DNA of 32,603 nucleotides. It comes from Gemmatimonadota bacterium. Lineage in GTDB: Bacteria > Gemmatimonadota > Gemmatimonadetes > Palauibacterales > KS3-K002. Where the stretch lies: assembly GCA_039589155.1 (NCBI GenBank), contig JBDHHX010000003.1, forward strand, positions 1 to 32,603, written 5' to 3'. A program made the translations under genes and the position numbers. Each line of letters begins with the position of its first letter. The first letter of the stretch is position 1. Under the pieces are notes generated by a model. That model saw only the letters and a program-made list of their open reading frames with translations, did no database searches and was not told where the DNA came from. Below are positions 8,588-17,284 of this stretch, piece by piece.

Positions 8588-9964
8588 TTAGTTCGTGAGC
8601 TCGTACTTCTTCATGCGATAGCGGAGAGTATCACGGCTCAGGCCCAGAAGGCGTGCCGCACCGGTTACGTTGCCGCCCGTTCGCATAAGAGCCTGTTCGA
8701 TGGCGTCGCGCTCGACATCCGCCATGCTAAATCCCTCAGCCGGGAGCCGGACGATCCGATCGCTCCCGCCATTTGGCACGACAGCGCCGCGGATCTCCAC
8801 CGGCAGATGTTCTGGTAATATCGTCGTCATGTCTTCCATGATCAGTGCTCGTTCGAGCACGTTGCGAAGCTCGCGGGCATTGCCCGGCCATGAGTAAGCC
8901 TCGAGGACGCTGATTGCGTCTGCTGTCAGCGTGGGCGGCTCACGTCTTAGTTCTCCGGCCAATTGTTCGACGAAGTAGAGGGCCAACGGCGCACAGTCTT
9001 CTGGCCGATCGCGGAGCGGAGGAATGTAGAGGTCGACAACTTTCAGACGATAGTACAGGTCGCTTCGGAAGTCCCCCTCCTCCACAGCCTTGTCGAGCTT
9101 TCGGTTGGTGGCGGCAATAACCCGGACGTTAACCGGTATGTCGCTTGTGCCTCCCAGCCGCTTGAACCTCGAGTCTTCCAGGAAGCGCAGCAATTTGGAC
9201 TGAGCTCCAAGCGGCATGTCCCCAATTTCGTCCAGCAATAGAGTGCCCCCATCGGCAAGCTCGGCGAGGCCTTTCTTTCGTTCGCGCGCGTCCGTGAAGG
9301 CGCCACGCTCATGGCCAAAAAGCTCCGCCTCGACAAGTTGCTCGGGCAGCGTCGTACAGTTGATCTCGAGAAAGGGTTGATCCTTTCGGCCACTGCGGGC
9401 ATGAATGGCGCGAGCAACGAGGTCCTTTCCCGTGCCGCTCTCCCCCTGAAGCAACACCGTCGCTGACTCTGTCCGCGCCACCTTCTCCACTGTCTCAGCG
9501 AGTTGACGGAGCGCAGGAGAGCGGCCGACGAATTCAACGTTCGCAAACTGCCAGCGGTGCTCCGTGCGCAGGGCAGCGATCTGTCGTTGGAGACGTTGCG
9601 TCTCCAGGCCCTTCTCGACCGTGATAAGCAGGTCATCGAGATCCACCGGCTTCTCGAGGAAATGATAGGCTCCCGCCTTCACCGCCTGAACCGCCGTCTT
9701 CACCTGCCCAAATGCTGTCACGATCACGACGACCAGATCACGGTCGATCTCGTGAAGCCGAGTGGCGAGCTCGAGGCCGTCAGCGTCCGGGAGCCGCAGA
9801 TCGAGCAGCATCAGCCGTGGGCTCTCTTCCGCCGCCAGGCGCAGCGCCTCGGCGCCTGTCGCCGCTTCTTTGACCGCGTACCCGGCAGCACCGAGGTGCT
9901 CGCTCATCCAGCTGCGGAAGAGGTCCTCGTCGTCGACGACGGCGATAACCGGTCGAGCACTCAT
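8588..9964 (-). CDS. Sigma-54-dependent response regulator (NtrC/AtoC family)
   Basis: Receiver (VVDDE, DLRLPD, FLEKP), Walker A GESGTGKD, ELFGHERGAFTDA, LLLDEIG, WPGNARELRN and a C-terminal Fis HTH. Confidence 0.96.
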   Translation of the reverse strand: MSARPVIAVVDDEDLFRSWMSEHLGAAGYAVKEAATGAEALRLAAEESPRLMLLDLRLPDADGLELATRLHEIDRDLVVVIVTAFGQVKTAVQAVKAGAYHFLEKPVDLDDLLITVEKGLETQRLQRQIAALRTEHRWQFANVEFVGRSPALRQLAETVEKVARTESATVLLQGESGTGKDLVARAIHARSGRKDQPFLEINCTTLPEQLVEAELFGHERGAFTDARERKKGLAELADGGTLLLDEIGDMPLGAQSKLLRFLEDSRFKRLGGTSDIPVNVRVIAATNRKLDKAVEEGDFRSDLYYRLKVVDLYIPPLRDRPEDCAPLALYFVEQLAGELRREPPTLTADAISVLEAYSWPGNARELRNVLERALIMEDMTTILPEHLPVEIRGAVVPNGGSDRIVRLPAEGFSMADVERDAIEQALMRTGGNVTGAARLLGLSRDTLRYRMKKYELTN

Positions 9965-11823
9965 CGCACCAATGCCTCCTGCGGCTTCGCCGGAATGACG
10001 AGCGTGAACGTGCAGCCTTCGCCAGGCTCGCTCTCGATCTCGATATGGCCGCCGTGGCGTTCGACAATTCCTCGAGTGATCGCCAGACCAAGTCCCGTGC
10101 CCCGGTGTTTGGTGGTGTAGAACGGCCGATAGATACGGCTCAGTTCCTCGGGAGCGATCCCGTTTCCCGTATCTGAGATCGAAAAGCGCACACCGTCTTC
10201 CGCATTATCGAGGGATAGTTGAAGCGTCCCGCCGGGCGTCATCGCCTGGATCGCATTCAGAGCAAGGTTGACCAGAGCTTGAGTGAGGAGTTCGGGATCG
10301 ACCCGAATCGTTGGCAGTGCATCGGCGAAGCGTTCCGTGATTCGCACTCCAGCTGCATCTGCCTGGGAACGCACAAGCACGATGAGCCTCTCCATCAGTT
10401 GCTTAGGTTCGGTCCAGGTGAGCAGAGGTTCTTTTGGGCTGGCGTAGCTCAGTAAGTCTGTTAGCGCCGACTCGATACGTTTGACTTGCGCGTGTATCTG
10501 CTTCAGAATCGTGGTCGATTTCAGATCAGTACCGATCTGTTTGGATAAGAGATCAACTCCGCTCGCCACGCCGACGAGTGGGTTCTTTATCTCATGCGCG
10601 ATACCGGTGGCAAGCTCGCCGACGGAGGCGAGCTGCGCCGCCCGCCGCATCTCCTGCTCGTGAAGTTCCTGGATCTGGAGCGCCGACGACTGAAGCTCGC
10701 CGGACATCTGATTGAACGTGCGGCCGAGGTGGCCGATCTCATCGTCTCGCTCGATCTCGACTTCTACGCCCAGGTCACCTTTGCGAATCCGCTCGGCCGC
10801 GCCGACCAGGCGCCGCAAAGGGGCGACGATAGATCGGGCAACGGTCCAGACTATGGCAACCAGCAATAGGGCGAACACGCTCTCGAGCGTTGCGGCCAAC
10901 AGCGCCAAGCCACGCAGTTGGCCAAGGGCGCTGGCTACCGATGCCTCCGAGATGAACAGCCACGGAAGGCCGGGTACCTCAACGGAAGTGCCGACGACCT
11001 CGACGCCCTCGTAGTTCACGTAACGGGCGGTTGAACCCGGCGGCTGATCGACCAGCGGCGACGGGAGAGGCTGGAGGAAGTCGACGGGGATGTGAAGATG
11101 CGAGAAGTACACGGGGCGGCCCGAACGGTCTACGATGAAGGCGTGCACGTCGATGAGAGGATGCTCCGGGAGGCGCAAGAACCCCTGCAACCTGTCGAAA
11201 CCCACTGCGCCCCCGAGCACTCCTTCCGATCTTTGGCGCTCATCGCGTATCGGAACCGCCAGCAGGTAGGAAGGCACTACGTTCCCGCTCTGCGTGTCCC
11301 ACTCCGCCGCGAAGTAACGCTCGACGCGCCCGCGGCGGAAGAGCTGGCTGAGCGACCGATCCTCCCCGAGCCGGCTATCATTAGTCGCCGCAATCACCAT
11401 TCCCGCCGTGTCGATGACGAAGAGCTCGGTCAGCGACCTAACCTCATCGAGCTCGTGATCGAGGTGCTCCTTTATCGCCGTGGTAGACGGTTCCTTGCGC
11501 TGACCCGCCCGCAAATCTGCTGCCGCCTCGGGAATCCTCCGAAAGAGAGTACGGTTGCCTTCGGCAATTCCCTCCAACAACATCTGGTGCCGCTCGACCT
11601 CGGTGGCCACTTGCTGCGCCTGGACCTCCGCGATAGCCCGCAAGTAGCGTTGTATTTGCTGCTCGATGATGCCGCGGCTAACGACATAGCCCACGGTATT
11701 CGAGATTAGCAGGGGGACCAGCGATAATACGAGGAACCATAGCAGTATCCGGCGACCCAGCCCGCCACGCAGTGGCATCTTCTTCCACAGCGCGCGCCAG
11801 GGACTATCGCGGGTCAACGTCAC
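9961..11823 (-). CDS. Membrane sensor histidine kinase (dCache-like sensor, HAMP, HisKA, HATPase)
   Basis: Two TM segments flank a periplasmic domain; HAMP DEIGHLGRTFNQM, H-box AHEIKNPL, N-box NLALNAIQA, DTGNGI and GTGLGL. It overlaps the regulator start by 4 nt. Confidence 0.95.
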   Translation of the reverse strand: MTLTRDSPWRALWKKMPLRGGLGRRILLWFLVLSLVPLLISNTVGYVVSRGIIEQQIQRYLRAIAEVQAQQVATEVERHQMLLEGIAEGNRTLFRRIPEAAADLRAGQRKEPSTTAIKEHLDHELDEVRSLTELFVIDTAGMVIAATNDSRLGEDRSLSQLFRRGRVERYFAAEWDTQSGNVVPSYLLAVPIRDERQRSEGVLGGAVGFDRLQGFLRLPEHPLIDVHAFIVDRSGRPVYFSHLHIPVDFLQPLPSPLVDQPPGSTARYVNYEGVEVVGTSVEVPGLPWLFISEASVASALGQLRGLALLAATLESVFALLLVAIVWTVARSIVAPLRRLVGAAERIRKGDLGVEVEIERDDEIGHLGRTFNQMSGELQSSALQIQELHEQEMRRAAQLASVGELATGIAHEIKNPLVGVASGVDLLSKQIGTDLKSTTILKQIHAQVKRIESALTDLLSYASPKEPLLTWTEPKQLMERLIVLVRSQADAAGVRITERFADALPTIRVDPELLTQALVNLALNAIQAMTPGGTLQLSLDNAEDGVRFSISDTGNGIAPEELSRIYRPFYTTKHRGTGLGLAITRGIVERHGGHIEIESEPGEGCTFTLVIPAKPQEALVR

Positions 11824-12178
11824 CCTCCAGCAGGTCGATCAGCTTCCCGAGAAGCGCACCGTGCCCAGCAGATTTCGCCACCCAATGCACCTCCCGCATT
11901 CCCTGAGTCTGCTGATCTCGTGGCGGCGTCGTCGCACTGTACACTAGCATCAGCCGAACCACCGCCAGCTCCCTCACCCGCTCGAGCAGCGACAGGCCAT
12001 CCATCCCCGGCATTCGGTAGTCGGTCACCACCACGTCGGGCTCCACCGTCCTGCTGAGCTCCACCGCTTCTTCGGTGGAATCGGTCGCCCACACCTCGAA
12101 TCCACTCGCCTCGAGCGCAGCCGACACACTCTGCAAGACCAAGCGATCGTCATCCACAACAACGATCTTTCTGCCCAA
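11804..12178 (-). CDS. Single-domain response regulator (receiver only)
   Basis: KIVVVDDD, phosphoacceptor TDYRMPGMDGL, YSA and a conserved Lys. Start placed at TTG 12178 after GGAG; the ORF track start is 12229. Confidence 0.85.
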   Translation of the reverse strand: MGRKIVVVDDDRLVLQSVSAALEASGFEVWATDSTEEAVELSRTVEPDVVVTDYRMPGMDGLSLLERVRELAVVRLMLVYSATTPPRDQQTQGMREVHWVAKSAGHGALLGKLIDLLEGDVDPR

Positions 12179-12335
12179 TCTCACTCCAGCCTTCCCGATT
12201 GCCCGGTTTCCAAGCCGAATTCGGCCCACTGGGTCTTTTGCCCATCCTCAAGTTTGGCAAGAACGATACCGCCGGCTGATTGTTCGAAGTATAAGCAGTT
12301 TCTGACCTCAAGGCGACACTCCCGACTCGAGAAAC

Positions 12336-12372
12336 GGGTGAAATCCCCCGGTTCAATTGGGGGATTTGCCCC
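12336..12372. promoter_or_regulatory. Candidate upstream activator (enhancer) sites for the NtrC-family regulator
   Basis: GGGTGAAATCCCCC-N9-GGGGGATTTGCCCC has perfect 9-bp inverted arms (AAATCCCCC/GGGGGATTT), and each half is itself quasi-palindromic. It lies about 75-110 nt upstream of the -24 element. Confidence 0.6.
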
Positions 12373-12404
12373 TCTGACCACCGAGCCGCCGCACCGCCCT
12401 TTTT

Positions 12405-12431
12405 CTAAGCTAGTCAAGAGCAACGAGTTAG
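12405..12431. promoter_or_regulatory. Candidate IHF-like binding site
   Basis: CTAAGCTAGTCAAGAGCAACGAGTTAG contains CAA-N4-TTA, a partial match to WATCAANNNNTTR. It sits between the UAS and the sigma-54 promoter, as is typical. Confidence 0.4.
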
Positions 12432-12445
12432 AGTTTAGGAGCGGC

Positions 12446-12461
12446 TGGTACGAGACCTGCT
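12446..12461 (+). promoter_or_regulatory. Sigma-54 (-24/-12) promoter
   Basis: TGGTACGAGACCTGCT gives GG-N10-GC, close to the consensus TGGCAC-N5-TTGCW. It is about 90 nt before the cytochrome start and next to a sigma-54 activator gene. Confidence 0.75.
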
Positions 12462-12549
12462 CTTGCTCGTGGACGGCAAGCGCCCGACCGCGTCCCTTTG
12501 GTACTCAGATCTCAGTGGCAGCAATCGCCTACTGGAAGGAGGAGCCAAC

Positions 12550-14226
12550 ATGTTCAATCGTCTACGGTGCTCTCGTGATCTACAGGATGTGGGTGGCTGG
12601 GCCCGATCAAACCGCAAGACCGTGGCCCTGGCGCTCGCAGCCCTGTTGCTCGTCGGAGCCGCGGCTTGCGACGATGATCCCAGTGGCGTCGTCGATGACC
12701 CGCCCGAGTTTACTGCGGCCGACGGCATCAATGGCGGCACGATGTACGACAAGTTCTGGACTCCGGAGACGGGTTGGAATCAGAGCGATCCGAACCTGAC
12801 GACGTTCAATGACTTCTCGAACTTCTTCCGCTGCAAGCAGTGCCACGCGTGGGACAGGCTAGCCAACGAGGCGTCGTACATCGGCCGAGCACCGAGTACG
12901 TCGCGGCCGAACGTATCGTCGGCGGACCTGACGCATGTGGCCGATCACACGCCCCAGGAACTGTTCGACGAGCTAAAGAGCTCCGAGGGCAAGCGACCAC
13001 TGAGCACGGACCTTTCCACGTACGATCCGGCGACGAATGCGACCGAGGGCGACATGATGCCGGATCTCAGCGAGATCATGACGGACGCACAGATCTGGGA
13101 TCTCGTGAAGTTCCTGTTGGAAGAGGCCAACGATGTTGACCTGCTGTACGACTGGACCACCACCGGGACATACCCGAATGGGTCGATCACTTACTCGAAC
13201 ATCGGCGCCGGCGGTGATGCGACGAATGGTGACGCGATCTATGCGTCCACCTGCGCGGGCTGCCACGGCGCCGACGGCCGGGCAATCGTGGTGGACGGCG
13301 AGTTCACGGTGGGGAGCTTCCTCCGTTCGAAGCCGTACGAGGTGCAGCATAAGGTCAAGTTCGGGCAGCCAGGCACGTCCATGGGCAGCGAGTTGGTAAC
13401 GGACATCGACGACATACTGGATCTATACGCTGCACTCACGGACGAGACGATGTATCCGGATCCGGCGTTCGAGCTGGCGAGTGGCATCAACGGTGGAACG
13501 ATGTACGACAAGTTCTGGACTCCGGAGACGGGTTGGAACCAGAGTGACCCGAACCTGGCGACGTTCGACAACTTCTCGAATTTCTTCCGCTGCAAGCAGT
13601 GCCACGCGTGGGATCGATTGGGCAATGCGGGGTCCTACATCGGCCGCGCACCGAGCACGACGAGACCGAACGTGTCCTCGTTGAACCTGAAGACGGCCAC
13701 GGCCGCCATGTCAGAGCAGGATCTGTTCGACGCCCTCTGGCGCTCGACCAGCCGGCGAGCGGTGAGCGCGGATCTCTCCACCTATGATCCGGCCACCAAC
13801 TCCACGGTCGGCGACCAGATGCCGGACCTGAGTGACATCATGACCGAGGAACAGGTATGGGATCTGGTCAAGTTCCTGAAGGAAGAGGCGATCGACACCG
13901 ATCTGCTGTATACCACTTCCACCACCGGAACGTACCCAACCGGGTCACCGAGTTACTCGAACATCGGAACTGGCGGTGACGCGACCAGCGGCGACGCGGT
14001 CTATGCGGCCAACTGCGCCACCTGCCACGGTAACGACGGCAGGGCTTTCCTGGTGGATGGCAGCTTCTCGGTGGGAAGCTTCCTGCGAGCGAAACCGTAC
14101 GAAGTGCAGCACAAGGTGAAGTTCGGGCAGCCGGGCACGGCGATGGGAAGCCTACTGACGGACCTCGACGACATCCTGGATCTGTACCTGGCGTTGACGA
14201 ACGCGAGCACATATCCGGATCCGTAG
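12550..14226 (+). CDS. Tetraheme c-type cytochrome lipoprotein made of two tandem diheme modules
   Basis: ATG 12550 follows GGAGGAG. The hydrophobic segment ends in a lipobox-like AAA-C-DDD. CxxCH motifs are CKQCH, CAGCH, CKQCH and CATCH; candidate distal Met residues lie in (M/Q)MPDL and GQPGT(S/A)M. Confidence 0.88.
   Translation: MFNRLRCSRDLQDVGGWARSNRKTVALALAALLLVGAAACDDDPSGVVDDPPEFTAADGINGGTMYDKFWTPETGWNQSDPNLTTFNDFSNFFRCKQCHAWDRLANEASYIGRAPSTSRPNVSSADLTHVADHTPQELFDELKSSEGKRPLSTDLSTYDPATNATEGDMMPDLSEIMTDAQIWDLVKFLLEEANDVDLLYDWTTTGTYPNGSITYSNIGAGGDATNGDAIYASTCAGCHGADGRAIVVDGEFTVGSFLRSKPYEVQHKVKFGQPGTSMGSELVTDIDDILDLYAALTDETMYPDPAFELASGINGGTMYDKFWTPETGWNQSDPNLATFDNFSNFFRCKQCHAWDRLGNAGSYIGRAPSTTRPNVSSLNLKTATAAMSEQDLFDALWRSTSRRAVSADLSTYDPATNSTVGDQMPDLSDIMTEEQVWDLVKFLKEEAIDTDLLYTTSTTGTYPTGSPSYSNIGTGGDATSGDAVYAANCATCHGNDGRAFLVDGSFSVGSFLRAKPYEVQHKVKFGQPGTAMGSLLTDLDDILDLYLALTNASTYPDP
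12724..14223 (+). repeat. Intragenic tandem duplication, period 759 nt (copies 12724-13464 and 13483-14223)
   Basis: Both copies run from GINGGTMYDKFWTPETGWNQSDPNL to YPDP, with long identical DNA tracts such as ACGATGTACGACAAGTTCTGGACTCCGGAGACGGGTTGGAA. Confidence 0.95.
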
Positions 14227-14250
14227 CGGACTAGCCATTCGGCCAGGTCA

Positions 14251-14298
14251 AGGGGCGTACTCGTCTCCAGACGTCGACCGCGACGAGAGTGCGCCCCT
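14251..14298 (+). other. Intercistronic stem-loop
   Basis: AGGGGCGTACTC (14251-14262) pairs with GAGTGCGCCCCT (14287-14298) with one G-U pair. There is no U-tract. Confidence 0.6.
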
Positions 14299-14360
14299 AG
14301 GCCAACCGCTCCTAGGTATCTCCTAGCTATCAGGCATTATTCCTCCACCGAGGGGGCAAA

Positions 14361-14894
14361 GTGGCAAGGCTGAGTAGCGGCAGTGTCGGACGCACGTGGT
14401 GGGGTTACCTCGCGCTAGCCCTGGTCCTGGTGGCCGTGTCGACCATCACAGTCGTCGCGCTGCGCTCCGCGCCGGTTCCGCAGCCGGTCGCGTTCAACCA
14501 CCGCAAGCACACGCAGGACCTCAACCTCACTTGTGAGTTCTGTCATGTATACGTGAAGAAGGGCGCGCATGCGGGGCTACCGGATGCCCAGACCTGCACG
14601 ATGTGCCACCGAACACCACAAGGCACCTCGACCGAGGCTGCCCGGGTCACGACACTGCTCGACCAGGGCGACCCACTCACTTTCAACAAGCTGTTCGGCC
14701 TTGCGCCCCACGTCTTCTACACACACCGCCGCCATGTCGGCATTGCCGAACTGGAGTGCCGAGGCTGCCACGGCGATATCGCCGAGACCGAGCAGCCGCC
14801 CGATCGACCGTTGGTGAAGGTAGACATGGACTTTTGCATGGACTGCCACCGCGAACAGGGGCAGACCCTCGAATGCAACGCGTGCCACCGCTAA
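14361..14894 (+). CDS. Membrane-anchored pentaheme cytochrome c (cytochrome c3/c7-like; ActA/QrcA-type)
   Basis: N-terminal TM helix; PQPVAFNHRKH; CEFCH, CTMCH, CRGCH, CMDCH and CNACH; HVFYTHRRH supplies candidate distal His ligands. Confidence 0.9.
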   Translation: MARLSSGSVGRTWWGYLALALVLVAVSTITVVALRSAPVPQPVAFNHRKHTQDLNLTCEFCHVYVKKGAHAGLPDAQTCTMCHRTPQGTSTEAARVTTLLDQGDPLTFNKLFGLAPHVFYTHRRHVGIAELECRGCHGDIAETEQPPDRPLVKVDMDFCMDCHREQGQTLECNACHR

Positions 14895-14910
14895 TGCGGA
14901 GAGAACGAGG

Positions 14911-17271
14911 ATGAGACCCAGTCGGCGCGAGTTCCTGTGGACGATGGGTGCCGCCGCGGCTACGGTGGCGCTGAAAGGAACGCAGGACGTTTTCTGGACA
15001 GCGGAAGAGTCCGCCGACGTCGGGTGGGCGCCCGGGATCGAAGAGCGACGCAATTCCGCCTGCCTGATTTGCCCTTCGCGCTGTGGCATCAGCGGCCGCC
15101 TGGTTGACGGACGCCTGGTCAGAATCAGCGGCAATCCTCTGCACCCGCTGAGTCGCGGCGGCCTCTGTCCACGAGGAGTCGCCGGTGTGCAGTTGCTCTA
15201 TCACCCCGAGCGGCTCACCTCACCCCTGGTGCGCGCCGGCCCTCGCGGTGCCGACCAGTGGGAAGAGGCCACGCCGGATGAGGCCATCGCGCGCATCGCT
15301 GACCAGCTTCAGGCGTTGAGGGCAGCCGGCCGGCCCGAGGCGCTGGCATTGGCGGCTGGCTACAGCGCCGGCACGATGCACGATCTTTGGCGTCAGTTTC
15401 TGAGCTCCTTTGGATCACCGAACTACGTGGCCGACGAGTACGAGGACGGAACGGACGCGGTCATGGCGTCCATGCACGGCATCCAGCGTCGACCCAGCTA
15501 CGATCTCGACCGGGCCCGGCTAGTGCTTTCGTTCGGTGCTCCTCTGTTCGAGTCGTGGTGGTCTCCGCTCCAGGCGTTCGTGGCCTTTGCGAGCCCCGAC
15601 GAAGACGAAGGACCACGTCCTCGCTTCGTCCAGGTAGACGCGCGTTTCTCTCGTACGGCCTCGCGCGCCCACGAGTGGGTCGGTGTGCGGCCGGGAACGC
15701 ATGCCGTGCTCGCCCTTGGAATCGCCTATGTGCTGATAAGGGATGAGCTGTTCGACGCCGACTTCGTGGCGAGGCACGTGTCCGGGTTCGAGGATTTTGT
15801 AGACGCTGACGGCCAGCCTCGGGAGGGTTATCGATCGCTGGTTACGCGTAACTACCGAACCGAGGAAGTCTCAGCGATCACTGGTGTGCCGGTCGAGCGG
15901 ATCACCTCACTGGCCCGGGCACTCGCTGCCAACCGACCGGCTGTCGCGGTCTGCGGAACGGACGTCACCTTCGCCCCGAACGGGCTACTCGCCGGCCTGG
16001 CCGTGCACAGCCTCAACGTTTTGACGGGGAGTATCAACCGTCCGGGAGGAGTGCTCTTTGCGGACGATGCCCCAATTCAACCGCTGCCTTCGCCTGTGCT
16101 GGATGAGACCGCCCGCGCCGGCCTTGCCCACGAACCGGTTGGCTCGCCCCGACCTCGCTTCGGTAACGGTGGGGAGGCACTCCGCTTCGCCGAAGCCGTA
16201 GCCGGCGGCGAAGCCGCGGTGGAGGCGCTGCTGCTCTATTACGCCAACCCCATCGCTTCGTCGACACACCCCTCGGTCTGGCGTGAAGCGTTAGCGAAGA
16301 TCCCATTTGTCGTCAGCTTCTCACCGTTCATGGACGAGACCGCGCGCCACGCAGACGTGATCCTGCCCGACTTACTGCCGTACGAGCGCTGGCAGGACGC
16401 GCCGACGCCGGTCTCTTACCCGTACCCGGTTTGGGGGCTGGCCCGACCACTGGTGGAACCGCGTGAGGGCATGACGCATACGGGCGACGCCGTGTTAACC
16501 GTCGCACGTAGCCTGGGTGGCGGTGTCGGCCAGAGCCTGCCATACGAAAGCTTCGAACTGCTGCTCCAGCAACGGGCTCGAGGCCTCTTTTCGGTCCGCC
16601 GTGGCATGACGCTGGGTGACGAATTCGATCGGAAGCACCACAGCCAAATGGAGGAGCGTGGCTGGTGGCTGCCCGAGCATACCGAATTCGGACCATTCTG
16701 GGACGAGTTGGTGGAGCGCGGCGGCTGGACGGATCTGTTCTATGATGACACCGATCCCCACCGCTTCGCCCGAACCGAAAGCGGTCGCATCGAGCTGATG
16801 CCGGCCGCGCTGTTGCACGTTCTGAACCAGGAGGGATCGGCGCGCGAGCTGTACATCGACGTCGCGCACAGGGCGGGCCAGACCCCGGCGGGTTTCCCGC
16901 TTCGTCTCATACCCTATCGCGTCTCCACCCTCGCCTCGGGCACCCTGGCCCTCGAGCGATGGCTCGCCGAGCAACCGGGAATCTTCCCCGATGTGCTATG
17001 GGTCCCCTGGGTCGAGGTGGCTCCCGAAACGGCTCGCGCCCTGGATATGGGTGACGACACAGACGTGTGGGTAGTCTCACAGCGCGGCCGCTATCGAGCC
17101 CGTCTCAAAGTATCTCATGGAACAGCACACGGGAACGTCGGCGCGCCTTACGGGCTTCGCCATCCTGACGGCACGGCGGCGAGTCCGCTCCAGCTGCTTG
17201 ATGGCTCGTACGACCCGCTGACAGGGCTCGCGAGTTGGCTTTCCACCTTTGTCCGCCTCGAGAGGGCGTGA
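14911..17271 (+). CDS. Tat-exported molybdopterin oxidoreductase-family subunit (QrcB/ActB1-like)
   Basis: Tat motif SRREFL; Fe-S motif CLICPSRC...LCPRG; YHPERL, SFSPFMDETARHADVILP, YERW; C-terminal molybdopterin dinucleotide-binding-like domain. Confidence 0.9.
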   Translation: MRPSRREFLWTMGAAAATVALKGTQDVFWTAEESADVGWAPGIEERRNSACLICPSRCGISGRLVDGRLVRISGNPLHPLSRGGLCPRGVAGVQLLYHPERLTSPLVRAGPRGADQWEEATPDEAIARIADQLQALRAAGRPEALALAAGYSAGTMHDLWRQFLSSFGSPNYVADEYEDGTDAVMASMHGIQRRPSYDLDRARLVLSFGAPLFESWWSPLQAFVAFASPDEDEGPRPRFVQVDARFSRTASRAHEWVGVRPGTHAVLALGIAYVLIRDELFDADFVARHVSGFEDFVDADGQPREGYRSLVTRNYRTEEVSAITGVPVERITSLARALAANRPAVAVCGTDVTFAPNGLLAGLAVHSLNVLTGSINRPGGVLFADDAPIQPLPSPVLDETARAGLAHEPVGSPRPRFGNGGEALRFAEAVAGGEAAVEALLLYYANPIASSTHPSVWREALAKIPFVVSFSPFMDETARHADVILPDLLPYERWQDAPTPVSYPYPVWGLARPLVEPREGMTHTGDAVLTVARSLGGGVGQSLPYESFELLLQQRARGLFSVRRGMTLGDEFDRKHHSQMEERGWWLPEHTEFGPFWDELVERGGWTDLFYDDTDPHRFARTESGRIELMPAALLHVLNQEGSARELYIDVAHRAGQTPAGFPLRLIPYRVSTLASGTLALERWLAEQPGIFPDVLWVPWVEVAPETARALDMGDDTDVWVVSQRGRYRARLKVSHGTAHGNVGAPYGLRHPDGTAASPLQLLDGSYDPLTGLASWLSTFVRLERA

Positions 17272-17284
17272 GGGACGAAAGATA

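Noticed and set aside
8588-9964. GAFTDA instead of GAFTGA as a sign of a sigma-54-independent regulator
   Set aside because: GAFTDA is a common variant in functional activators, and a -24/-12 promoter lies nearby.
12463-12549. N-terminal extension of the cytochrome given by the ORF track
   Set aside because: It would begin immediately at the sigma-54 promoter, and a strong GGAGGAG RBS supports ATG 12550. Similar over-extensions were trimmed for cphB, DAACS, the receiver, the ferredoxin, PadR and DUF3396.
12724-14223. Repeated DNA as a CRISPR array or mobile element
   Set aside because: There are only two long in-frame copies inside one gene, with no spacers, terminal repeats or cas/transposase genes.
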